This document shows positions 51,960 to 64,000 of a DNA stretch of 64,000 bases, piece by piece. Positions within the stretch are counted from its first letter, which is position 1. Each line of letters opens with the position of its first letter. A program made the translations under genes and the position numbers. The stretch is taken from positions 85,376,001 to 85,440,000 of the forward strand of contig CM052817.1 of NCBI GenBank assembly GCA_028534125.1. Direction: 5' to 3'. Under the pieces are notes generated by a model. That model made no database searches. It had not been told where the DNA came from and saw only the letters and a program-made list of their open reading frames with translations. This DNA is from Lama glama (lineage: Eukaryota).

Positions 51960-54104
51960 GTTTATAAAGCTTGCCATGACCCTATTTTTTCTTGACCATC
52001 CATATTTTCTATGTTATATATTCCTAAGAATTATCCTGAAACCATAGCTGCATAGCTGCACAAGGAGTCCCATTGGATTCCCAAGGCTGGTGCTCACTTG
52101 TATTCCATTTTGACTGGAATCTTCTTTTTTGAAGTATCATGGTTACTTTCATAAGAGAGAGAGAATCTAATAACAAAAATCATGACATAGTACTTACAAA
52201 GTCTTGAATAGCTATGTGATTGTGCCAGCATTTGCATAGAGATTTTTCCAAAGATATTCATGCCCAAAGCCTAATCATGTGAAATCCAAGGAAATTTTAT
52301 GTAGACCAAATCAAGGAAAATATAGGAAAAAAAAATCTAACTCAAAATATATATTATTGAAGAAAAGTATAACATAGGACTTGATTGAATTCAGTTAAGG
52401 GTAAAAAATATATATATTCTAAAGTCATTATTATCTACTTTAATCCTCTTTGAAAATATTATATTTTAGGTATCAGTTAGCTTCATTAGATCTTCCCAGA
52501 TGTCATATCATTTCTAGTTCATTTCTGATTACTCATTTTTTCTCATTATTTATTAAATACATGTTTCCTGAGAAATAACTCTGTGTTCTGGATTACTCTA
52601 GACTTTGGCTTGTATCTGAAAGAAAAAAATCCAGATTCCCTTTTATTCTTTGCCTTATATGTCTCTTTATATTAATGCATAAGATCCTCCAGTAGTTTTA
52701 CATGACTCAGCATCGTTGCATTGTTATTTTGTATTGGGTCAAATTAATCACGCATGAACAGCTTTTAAAAACTATGCCTCAAGAGTTGTCAAGCTATTAA
52801 ATATTTTTCTGTTATAAGGACTAAGAATTGTTCACTGCAGAGAATAAAGTACCACTTTTGCATATATTACACAAACATTTTATGCTTCATGAAACCACAA
52901 TAAATTTTCTTGCTGATTACTCGTGTAATCTAAGGATCTCCTGCTGCTTTATAGAGAGTCTTATTAATTTCATTCAAGTAGTAAAATTAGCACCTGTAGA
53001 GAACTCTTTAAGATTTCTAAACTTTTATCATATCAGTAGTAACCTACTTCATTTCTCATAGAACTGTTGATTTTTTCTGTCCTTCTATCTATTTAGCTTT
53101 GGTGTTCTTTGCATTTAGTTTTTTTTTTTTAAGGAAACAGCATTGGATACAGATTATAATAGCAAGAAACCTTAGCCTTCAACTCAGTTACATTTAAATA
53201 AATCAGTCTCTGAAGTTAGCAAAACATTTCAGTCTTAAAAAGAAGAAAATTTACTTTTCCTTTGAAGGATAACCAACTTGGATACAATGTAAGAGAATTA
53301 TGGGATATTTACTGAATAGTATAATGCTGGCCTGAGTGACTTAACTCTCTTTTTGCCACCATTTGAAAGAAACTGAGGCACCACACCACAAACCATTATC
53401 GTGTCTCTTTTAGAAGTATTTCATATTCAATGCATTTATGTTCGTTTGGCTGCACACATATTTGAAATGAGCCTGAGTATTCTCTGAGACTTCTTTGTTC
53501 CTTATTGGATACTGCATTCCAGCACAGGAACTGCTGAAGCAAAGGCATGAGGATGTATTCAGTGGTGCAGCTCGAATCAGTGGGAAATGTTGAAGAAGTT
53601 TCAGGAATAAATTAATTTGGGTGGAGAATGGTCTGCATGGTAGAGAAAAAAACATACTTCTTACTGAATTCCTATTGCTAAACTGTATGCTGGGTGATTT
53701 CTGTAAAGTTCCTCATTCATCCTGAATATCATGGAGTCTAAGGAACGTGGCTTAGTTTGCTCAGCTTGTCTTCTTCCAAGGCAGTATTCAAACAGGGTAG
53801 CCTGAAGCCTAAACTCATGCTTTCTCTGATACAAAAGCATATTGTTTCTAGAGAAGAAGGAAATTGCCTCAGGGAAAACTAACAGGGAGTTACATTTTAT
53901 GTGGTCTCCCAAATAAAGAGTTGGCTTGTTTTCTTGTCTTTCTTTCCTCCTCTTTTCCTCCCATTGCTCTACCTTCCTGTCTTTTTACCTTACTCATAGT
54001 TTTTATTTGATTTCAGTCAAATTCCCTCACGTCTTTACGCTGAAGTGAAGAAGCGATGTGTGCATAGACTATGCCCAAAATGTGTAAACTGACAAATATA
54101 CAAT

Positions 54105-54780
54105 AAAGCATGGAAGCTGCAGTCAGAATGCTTGTGTGTAAATCCCAGCCTTAATTCTTATTACCTTCATGATTTTGAGCACAATGTAGCATCTTGATGA
54201 AGCAAAATTATTTTTAAGTTAGGACAAGAAAAAAATTAAAATTGTATCTGCTGTTTGAGCCACTGTGCATTGTACGACTACACTGCACATTAACTAGATC
54301 CATTTAGAAGACACAGGAATGCCTACTCACCAAAGCACCAAATAGCAAATAATTTTCTCCTGGAGCCAACAAGGTAACTCTTTAGGAGATAACATTCCTT
54401 TCTTAATCCTGTAAGGGGTCATGATGACCCGGTACTTGCCTCCTTGTACTGTGTTAACTATCAGTATGTTACTTTGATGTATAACCTTTTGTCTCAAAAA
54501 CTTCAATAAATGTACTTTGGCCTCTGATGGGTGGAACAGTCCTCAGAGCTTTCTTTCAGTCCTCAGAGACTTTCTCCTGAGTTATAATACACAGGTTGGC
54601 TCAAGTAAAAGTTTTTGTTTCTTTCTTAGATTGACTTGATTAATTTTTCATTAACAACCTCTTCACAAATACTCTTCTGTAAGATGAGGAAAGTAAGGGT
54701 TACTACTTAATAGCACTGCGTTAGAATGGAGTTAATATACTCTAAAGTTTAGTATGGAATCTGCCACTTAATAAGTGCAA
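54105..54780 (+). mobile_element. MIR split by an LTR insertion (MIR parts ~54105-54190 and ~54661-54780)
   Basis: gcagtcagaatgcttgtgtgtaaatcccagcc on the left; tctgtaagatgagg...tactacttaatagc...gagttaatatactctaaag on the right. Confidence 0.55.
54195..54656 (+). mobile_element. Solo LTR, ERV1-like (MER34-like)
   Basis: TG...CA termini (tgatgaagc...ttaaca), 4-bp TSD atct/acct, internal aataaa near 54505. Confidence 0.7.
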
Positions 54781-55139
54781 TATACTGTATAATATTTCAT
54801 AAAACAAACTATGTCTTACTGCTTTTCCTCTTTCGTGTCATCCCTCTATCTTCTTAGCACCACACGTGTCCTGGATAAACTTCCCTGAGTTATATCTTTA
54901 AGGAATTTGCCTCCATTCCTTCTTTTCTATCATTCCCAATTTGTCCTTCAGGGAGACATATTTTGTAGTATGCTTACTCTACTTCTTCTATTGATTTGGA
55001 CCTGAAATTTATTCTCATTTAGTAAACTTCTATCTCACAGGTCACATATACCCTTTTTAATACTTTTCCTTCTCTCTCTCTGTACTCTCATCATTTCTTT
55101 GCTAGAAACTTCCCTTTCTTCATCTTTTCACTTGCCTAT

Positions 55140-55460
55140 AAGACCTCAAAGTATATATATTCAGAAGACAATTGGTTATAGATTTCTGGAGTTTTGAATA
55201 GAGGTCATTACTGAAGGTGTAGTTTTAGGAGATTCAGGCATATCATTGGTAACTGAAGCCATGAGTATGGATAGAGTAAACACTTAGGTGGGAAAATAAG
55301 AGTGCTTGAGTGACTTAAAGTCACTGAATATGTAAAAGCCTGAGAAGTAAGGGTGATACATGGAAGTTCATGTGACTTTTTCAGATGTACAACTTTAAAT
55401 GCTGCCAAGAGGTTAAGCAATATGAGAGTGAAGACACAATCCATTACACTTAGTGACATG
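55140..55460 (-). mobile_element. L2 fragment
   Basis: gaagacaattggttatagatttctggag...ttttaggagattcaggcatatcattggtaactgaagccatgagtatggatagag...tttaaatgctgccaagaggttaagcaatatgagagtgaaga. Confidence 0.65.
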
Positions 55461-56199
55461 GTGTCTAGAGATACATTGCCACCTGTTTATTGTCTGTCTC
55501 TCTGTTTCAGTTTAAGCTCCCCCTGAGAAGGTTGGAGGAGTTGGGACTTAGAATATAGGTAAAGGAAGTGGCCTAAAACCAGAGGAATGGCGTCTCTAAT
55601 ACTGCAACAGGAGAAATGCAGTAATAGTTGAATATACACTATTGTGGTTTTATGAGAAACAGAAGACAGTTGAAAAGGGACACTTGCAAAGAGTGGAGAA
55701 GGTTTGACATTCTGATTGAGAAAGTGAGATAATTGTTACAATAACGAGGGAACTAATAGGAGGTGACTAAAGATCAGTTCAGATTAATAGTTATGATGAA
55801 GATCAGTGGTGGTCTTGATCTCTTGGCACATGAATGTTCTCTACAGTAATCATCTGTCCAATAGCTGACAAAGAGAGGTGAAGAGTTTCCTTCAGGGATG
55901 AATGGTGCTAGGTTTGTGTGGTTAAGGTTAATTTGAGGGAAAAAAAAAGGTCTAATGTAAATAAAAGCCAATTTAAATTTTGAACCTTACCTTTTTCTCT
56001 TCTAATTACATGTCTCAAAACAGTATTGTTTCCCATATTTTAAATTTACATTTTATTTAAACGGTAAGTTACATTGGTAATTTTTCAGACCAGTTTTCTA
56101 GCTACTATTGCTGTGTGATAAAATACCCTTACAACTTAATGGCGTAAAATAACTCTTTTATAATGTACATGAATTCTGTACAGGAATTCAACCAGGAAA

Positions 56200-56703
56200 C
56201 CATAAAAGAAAAATTGCACTCAACACTTGTTAAAAAAGGTCAGGAAAGACTTTGTTCAAGACTATTACAGTAGGAGTTAAGATTATCACAATAGGGAAAG
56301 AGATTAAACTCAACGCCACTGAAACAAAAGGCAGGACAATTTTTTAATGCTGGGTGAGCTAATGGAAAAGTATAAGAGGACACTGGAGGAAGGTGGGGCA
56401 ATGTGATTAGACCATCTGTGTTTGCTCATTGTAATTTGTTGACGTTATACTCCTACACTCCCACAAAGAATCAGTGATAGGGGTAATATCTCCTTCAATA
56501 ATTGCATTCAAAGGGATAGCTCCTAGGCCCTTGATAAAGACATTTTTGGGTTGTAGAAGATTTACTTCTCAAAGAAGCAAGATTTATAATTGAAAGTTTT
56601 CTGAAGTAAATACTCTAAGAAAAGGGACGTCAGGGACCTATCATCAGAAACCTGTCTAAAGTTTAGTCAAACTGAGGGGAACTTTAATTGCTTCCTTGGT
56701 CAA
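56200..56703 (-). mobile_element. ERV1-like LTR
   Basis: aaagaaaaattgcactcaacacttgttaaaaaagg...gactttgttcaagactattacagtagg...gtttagtcaaactgagggga...ttggtcaaca. Confidence 0.55.
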
Positions 56704-58485
56704 CAAGTGGGTGAGCTTAATTATTTGATTTGCAGAAATAGTGTGGATGTAAATATTCAGACATAAGTATGCACTGGTAACTGCTTTGGGGAAAACAGAA
56801 AACTAGGTGGTAAATACATATGAATAGTAGTTAGTAGGTAGAAATCCCACTTCTCTTTGAAATCTGTATAATCCATGACATAATAGAGATAGTCTGCTAT
56901 AAACCTGTATAGTAATAAAGTAGCATATATTAATTCTTTTTCAGTTGTGCAGATTTTATATATTATGCATTATACTGTAGAAGAATTCAACTCTTGCATC
57001 CTAACAAACCTTATTTTATTGGAAAATATATGAGAAGGTAACATATGGTGTATACCCCACAATTAAAATAACAATTCAGATTTTATGTATTTTGATAAAA
57101 CTTTTCACATATTTGTAAAATAGTCTAAATTTACAAGCAGTGAGAATTTTAGATTTTCAGAAATGTCAGTTAAACTGTTCTTGAGAATATATGTGTAGGA
57201 GTTTAAATTTATGCTATTTATGGTCAGGTTTTGAGTCAGATTAGATTTAGCCACAAATTTTCTAATCTCCTATGTAATTATAATGTAAAGAGTGAATTCT
57301 AGCAAAGCATGAATGAGCTGAAAAGTTGGTCATATTCCCGCTTCTGTGGTGTTATGGTGGAATGGATGCTTGTAATTGCTTTTGATGAAAGTCAGTGATT
57401 TGGCAATGCAGAAACCAGAAGTTGTGATAGAAAGAGCTACTAATAGACACTTAAAATTTTTTTGATAATTAATATCCTTTTTGTTGTTCAATTTGTTGCA
57501 TTTTCAGTTTTGCTTCAGCCTGGATAACGTAATGAGCCACATATTTTGCTACTGTTGACAAAAACAGAGTTCAGATATGGTACCATAAGAGCTCAAAAAC
57601 TTTGCATCTGTTTAAAATGTACTTAAGTAGAAGCTTTCTTCAGAAAATTTCAAGAATGTAAGATGCCATGAAATTGTCACCATGGGGGAGAAAATAAACC
57701 TTGATAATTTATCAAGGAAAAACATTATCTTTCTAATCATTTTGCAAAGTGATCAGTTTTAATTCCAGATTATTTGCACATCAGGTAGGATGTCTGTATC
57801 ATTTTGTAGAATGAAAAATTGCCTGAGACTCAAACTATGTAAATATATTGGAAATAATCTCACTGAATTGGCATTTCAATTATTTGACCATTATCACAAA
57901 TGTCAGAATGATCTGATGCCACATAAATAATAATAAAAATATCCAGATATCAATATAATTATACATATAAATGCCTATTCTTTCCATCTGCACACAATAT
58001 ATATGAATATGTTATTTGTTAATTCCTACAGAAATTGATATCACTTTATCTCTCTAATGGCATATAGTATAATTTTACATTTACTTATGACAAGTCAAGC
58101 AGAGGGAAAAAAACTATGAAACTTATCTAAAAATAGTATGGCCAAATTGAGCTGTGGCAAGTAGCATCAGCGATCAGAGATAAGTTAGCTTAATAACTGA
58201 CTAGTTTTCCACTTCCATTGCTTGCACATGCATAAACTGTGAACCACTGGAGCAGAATTTATGTACACAGGAAGAATAAATATTCACTGGATTAAAAGCA
58301 AAACACAAACTAGAAAAATCTCAGATATCAAAGTAACTCACTGAGACTTGAATCCAGAATAAACCTCTACGCTAAAATAATTAGCTACATCTCAATGTTA
58401 ATTTAGTGCTATGTTGTATAGATTTAGTTTTACATGCACTGATAGCTAAGTAGTATCTTTTACGTCATCTCGATTCCTTGTCCCC

Positions 58486-58578
58486 ATTCTTTCTTTCTTC
58501 TTCTACTCCCCACCATCCTCCTTTGCCTCCTCTTCTTCACCTTCTTCCTTGTCCCGCATCCTCTTTTTCCTCTTCTTA
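58486..58578 (+). repeat. Polypyrimidine (CT-rich) low-complexity tract
   Basis: ttctttctttcttcttctactccccaccatcctcctttgcctcctcttcttcaccttcttcc... Confidence 0.8.
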
Positions 58579-60785
58579 TTCAAAAAGTGAACATGCTATC
58601 ACATCCACAGATGACGAGAAAACCTGATCACCTTAGTAGTGGCCAAATCAAATACACTTAAAATATTCAATTTTGCTTAAATTTGCCTGAGAAATGATGG
58701 ACTTATTTCACTTTAATTACTTTGACATTGCAAATATCAGGATTTAGGGGCATTAAAATAGTCTTAAAATAAAGTTAACTTTTTAAAAATTCAACCTAAA
58801 AATCAAGCCTGACCAGTAATAACTCAGGCTTTTTTTTTTTCTATTTTTGAAGTAGCAGTATTGCATGAACAACATTTTCAAATTTTAATCAAAAGTAAAA
58901 ACATAAAACTCAGTGTATTCCTAAATACTGTACAGGGTGTCATATCACAGTGAGTCTGACAAGAGTTTTGAGCTAATGCCAACTTGTTAATCAACTAGAT
59001 GAACGAGAGGACGGAAAGCTCAGGGAGCGCAATATAACGTATTGCTTATCAAGTATACTGAGTAGTAACATAGTAATTGCAATGAATGCATGCATTTCCC
59101 TGGTTTTTTTTAATCATTTGGTAGTAATTTCAGCCTTACATGTAATGTGTCTTTAGGCTCCAAATACATATGATATATTACAGGTGGAAGTGAAGTCAGT
59201 GCAGTTAATAAAAGTGTTCTCGTGAAAAATAAAAGCCAATCTCTGATAACTGAACTATTCAGAAAATGCATATAAAGCATTTTGTTCTTGCATTGTATAG
59301 AGTTTTTCATCTCTCTTCTGTATGAGAAGGTATTTACAAACATGGTAGTGCTGTCTGAATTACCAGATATATGAAAGAATATTAAAAAAAAACATTGTCG
59401 GTATACTAATTTACTCAGAATGTAAAATAAAATACATATCTACAGAGAAGAAATAAATTACTGAGAAATGACAGTAACTTTTAACCTCATCATTATTTAA
59501 ATCTTTAAATCCAGTTTTCTTCTATTTAGTCTATTTCAATTACTTTGTATCCCATTTGGATTTCATGAATTAAGTAATTTATTTTTATTTGGGGGGTTCA
59601 AAGGTGCTGGTTGTCTCTGCTCTTAGTATGATAGAACATTTATGTCTCAATGGCAATATTTAAACATAATAACTTTATAGAATTGAATCTTTGCTTGAGA
59701 AAATTTATTCCACAAAATAAATTATTCTTCTAGTTTATAGACTAACATGGGTAGAAAGTGAATTAAGGCCTCCATAAAATGTCTTACTTGTGGTATTCTT
59801 TGCTGCTAGCATAAGAGCTTCCATTTTGTCAGTGTAGAGATTAGGTCATCTCTTTTGCACACCAACTAGTATCCTAGTAATGAACAATAATACAAGAAGT
59901 CAATTCTGACAAGCTGGTAATCTGTAAAGAAAATAGTGGTCTGTTTGGATCATATTATTATATTGAAACAAGGGAAAATGCAAGACTTCTTCCACTAGTG
60001 TTTGTTTCTTAAGTTTTACTAATTAATATTCTTGTTTTAGTGGGGAAGATTCTAGGAAATACATTTAGTTGGGATTCTATGCTAAACAACTTATACATGA
60101 CAATTTATTTGTTGAATTAAACATACAAAGCATAACATTACAAAGTTAAAGATATTAAGCGTTTTCTTTTGTACTTCTAGATATGGGCATAAATAAGATG
60201 TTATTCCTTTGAAAGATTTGAAACATAAGTCAGACTTACCAGCATTATGGCCTTCAAGATATCCCCTCTTCTAATGAATTTATTAATGAATTTTCTTAAC
60301 ATCCTTTTAAAATAGTGAAAAATGTGTAATAGTAGACCATAAAATATAAAACCTATTTATCACTACACTGACAATGTTTCCTTTGCTGTTACATAATTAA
60401 ATATGACACTATTTTGTTCAAACAAGTAATAAAATGATACATTTAAACAAATATTTCCTATTTTTAAATTAATACTACATATATATACATGTATATATAT
60501 GTGTGTATAAATCTTAATTGCATCAGATTTCCAGGAGACCACAGAAAATATATGACCATGTGAACATAAGAAAATGAGAACAAATAAATAGAACTGTTGG
60601 TATCAATGCCCTAATTGTTATCATCTTGGCAATAACATAAAAGTAGGAAATTTTGTTAATTTAGAGCACTTATCCTTTGGATCTAACCTTTCCTTGGGAT
60701 GCCCTGCTCTGCAAGCACTAATTCTGTTTTAAGTCATGATGAGAAAGACTTCCTTAGACTTCTTTGCTCCAGTATTATTGTTCTT

Positions 60786-61606
60786 TTTTTAATTTTTTTT
60801 TACTGAGTTATAGTCATTTTACAATGTTGTGCCAAATTCCAGTGTAGAACACAATTTTTCAGTTATACATGAACATACATATATTCATTGTCATATTTTA
60901 TTTTGCTGTGAGCTACCACAAGATCTTGTTTACATTTCCCTGTGCTATACAGTATAATCTTGTTTATCTATTCTACATTTTGAAATCCCAGTCTATCCCT
61001 TCCCACCCCCCACCACCTTGGCAACCACAAGTTTGTATTCTATGTCTGTGAATCTGTTTCTGTTTTGTATATAAGTTCTTTTTAAAATTTTTTTTAGATT
61101 CCACAGATGAGCGATCTCATATGGTATTTTTCTTTGTCTTTCTGGCTTACTTCACTTAGAATCACATTCTCCAGAGACATCCATGTTGCTGCAAATTGCA
61201 TTATGTTGTCAGTTTTTATGGCTGAATAGTATTCCATTGTATAAATATACCACATCTTCTTTATCCAGTCATCTGTTGATGGACATTTAGGCTGTTTCCA
61301 TGTCTTGGCTGTTATAAATAGTGTTGCTATGAACATTGGGGTGCAGATGTCATTTTGAAGTAGGGTTCCTTCTGGATATATGCCCAGGAGTGAGATTACT
61401 GGGTCATATGGTAAGTCTATTCCTAGCCTTTTGAGGAATCTCCATACTGTTTTCCATGGTGGCTGCACCAAACTGCATTCCCACCAGCAGTGTAGGAGGG
61501 TTCCCTTTTCTCCACAGCGTCTCCAGCATTTGTCATTTTTGGACTTTTGAATGATGGCCATTCTGACTGATGTGAGGTGATACCTCATTGCAGTTTTGAT
61601 TTGCAT
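60786..61606 (-). mobile_element. Young 5'-truncated L1 (camelid-type) with perfect 16-bp TSD
   Basis: Poly-T on the left; TSD CAGTATTATTGTTCTT at 60770-60785 and 61607-61622; uninterrupted ORF2 C-terminus plus 3'UTR. Confidence 0.95.
61094..61606 (-). pseudogene. L1 ORF2p C-terminal 170-aa fragment (cysteine-rich domain), 5'-truncated
   Basis: [12 protein letters not shown]...[18 protein letters not shown] (CX3CX7HX4C)...[18 protein letters not shown]; lacks the EN and RT domains. Confidence 0.92.
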
Positions 61607-62144
61607 CAGTATTATTGTTCTTATTCTTCCATATAAACTCTGTGTTTAATTGAAAAGTGTCAGTAAGCCTGCCCTCCCCAAAGTGCCCCACAGTTTGCTT
61701 AGATTGATGATTGGGAAGGTTCATTTTCTTGCTTGAAAGAAGAATGATCAAAAAAAGGTTTATAATTTACTGAGTTATCTGAGGATTAAAAAAGTTACTT
61801 TTTGTAAATAGCCACAGATGAATTATAGAACTCAGACAGTGTCCGGGATTGATATTTCAGACAATGTTAGAAACCAGAGGAAGGTTTTGATTTTTAATGG
61901 CCGGTGACACAAGAATGCCCACACCTTCCCTGACAAGTACAGGCTGCGTGTAGGGCTGTTGAGGAAGCTATAGGCATGACACAGAAAACAAATTGGAAAC
62001 AAGATACTGTTTCATTATCTTTGAGGTATTGATATTTTTGTGGGAAGAATTCAATGCAGAGCTTTTTAAAGCTGAGTTGGGTATGTATCTTAGGCCAAAG
62101 GCTCAAACATGACCTTCAATCACAAATGTCACAATCTAAGCTTT

Positions 62145-63088
62145 TTTCTTCCAGTTTTATTGAGATGTAATTGACATACAACACTGTGTAAATTTAAAGT
62201 GTATAACTTAATAAGTTGACATACGTATATATTGCAGAATGATTACAGTAAGTTTAGTTAACATCTGTTACCTCATATATTCAGAATTCTTTTCTTTATG
62301 ATGAAATCTTTTAGGATCTACTCTCTTAGCAGCTTTCATATATAGCATAGAGCATTGTTAACTATAGTCACCATGTTGTACATTACATTCCTAGTACTTA
62401 TATATCTTATAACTGGAAGTTTGTATCTTTTGACCACCTTCATCCAATTCTCCCACTCCTTACCCCCTACCTCTGGCAATCACAAATCTGATCTCTTATT
62501 CTGCATTTTCTCTGAGATTCTGAGAAATTTTGATTCCACGTGTAAGTAAGATCATAGAGTATTTGTTTTTCTTTATCTAACTTATTTTACTTAGTATAAT
62601 GCCCTAAAGGTCCATTCATTTTGTCACAGGTGGTAAAATTTCCTTCCTTCTTATGCCTGAATAGTATTCATTGTGTACATACACCACTTCTTTTTTCCCC
62701 CAGTTATCTGTTGATGGATACTTAGGTTGTTTCCACACATTGCCTTTTGTAAATAATACTGCAGTGAAAATGGAAGTTCAGATATCTCTTTGACAAAGTG
62801 ATTTCATTACCTTTAGGTATATACCTAGAAGTGGAATTGCTAGATCATATGGTATTTCTATTTTTAATTTTTTGAGGCACCTCCATACTGGTTTTTATAG
62901 TGACTGTACCAGTTTGCATTCTCACCAACAGTGCACAAGGTTTCCCTTTTTTCCATATCTTTGCAGGCATTTATTTGGAAAAAATATCTGTTCAGATCCT
63001 TTGCCTGCTTTTAAGTTGAATTACTCAGTTTTATGCTCTTGAGTTTTATGAGTTCTTTATATTTTGGATATTAACTCTTACCAGATAC
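62145..63088 (-). mobile_element. Older L1 (L1MA/L1MB-like) 3' end
   Basis: ttttattgagatgtaattgacatacaacactgtgtaaatttaaagtgt...tatacctagaagtggaattgctagatcatatgg...ctcaccaacagtgcacaagg. Confidence 0.88.
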
Positions 63089-63199
63089 AAAATTGGTAGT
63101 AATGCAAATCTGAAGTTAACAATAAAGACACCTTTTAAGCTTTATTTTTTCTGCCCAGGATTACTTTTTTCCTTTTTTGATGTTTAGGATTAATTGCAC

Positions 63200-63682
63200 T
63201 AATGTTCCAATTTTCCAGTAACTCCTCTATCAGTGCCCTTCACACTATAACTTTGAAGCTCCTCCCATCAAATAAGCAAAGTCTCGTTCTCTATCTCTGA
63301 ATCTGGACTTGCCTGGCAAACAGAATGCAGGAGATCTGACAAGCCAGTTTCACAATAGACCTCAAGAGGCTTGTCCACTTTCCACTCCCTCCTGTAAGTA
63401 CCTGCCCCTGCCATGAGAACAGGTCCAGACTCTCCTATTGGAGGATAAGATACTTCATGGAGCAGAGCTGAGTCGTAACACACAAGACCGTCTTACATGA
63501 CTCAGATCCACTTGACCCAACAGATAACTGCAGACATAAGAATAAGCACAGTTTAGATTAGCTGAATCAGGTTGTGATAGACAATCACCCAGATGTCCAT
63601 AGACTTAAAAGAAATAATAAATGTTTATTGTTTTAAGCCACTAATTTTCCAAGAGTTTCACTACACATAAATAACTAAATGA
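63200..63682 (+). mobile_element. MaLR LTR (MLT1F/G/H-like)
   Basis: cctgcccctgccatgagaac...agcagagctgagtc...aagaaataataaatgtttattgttttaagccactaatttt. Confidence 0.7.
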
Positions 63683-64000
63683 TATAATTGGATGCTTAAC
63701 TCCTCATTCCTTTGTACTACCCATCTCACATGAGATGGTTGAGGCTTCTCTGTTTGGCTTCTAGTGAAATAGTGGACATAAAAGGCATGGTCAATCAGAG
63801 CAGGCTAAGCCCGAGTCTGCGTGTTTGGGGAATGGACCAAAGCGGGGCCAGCATTTTACCAGAAACTTCTCACCATAGTTTTTAGAAAAGTCTTTCTCTT
63901 TTTGATAGGCTGATAAATCAAATTGATAGTGGCAATCTAAAAGACAAAGAGTGTATCCATGACAGAACTCTCAGAACATCATTGGGACTTTGGACTTGCT

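Noticed and set aside
61094..61606. Active L1 or domesticated protein gene
   Set aside because: 5'-truncated, with no promoter, ORF1, endonuclease or RT.
1..64000. A novel multi-gene biological system
   Set aside because: No host coding exons, operon-like organisation or unexplained long ORFs. The structure I can see is accounted for by known mammalian repeat classes.

Overview
AT-rich, CpG-poor mammalian genomic DNA. It is probably camelid, inferred from a tRNA-derived SINE at ~15.99 kb and a recurring young L1 3'UTR family. I recognise no host protein-coding exon, so the window reads as a gene desert or a large intron. The only ORFs in the track with recognisable proteins are LINE-1 ORF2 fragments. 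The window is a layered record of mobile elements: young and old L1s, several with readable target-site duplications (TSDs); L2, MIR and L3/CR1 relics; MaLR and ERV1-type solo LTRs; an internally deleted ERVL provirus with a dUTPase relic; MER20, MER2 and MER3 DNA transposons; and a young poly(A)-tailed retrocopy of the 3' end of 28S rRNA. The most notable structures are the 28S retrocopy, a twin-primed (5'-inverted) L1 with a younger L1 nested inside it, a close inverted pair of L1 3'UTRs, a 42-bp minisatellite, and two repeat-poor blocks with motif clusters that may be enhancers. I found no supportable evidence of a new biological system. Repeat family names come from recalled consensus sequences, not from a database search.
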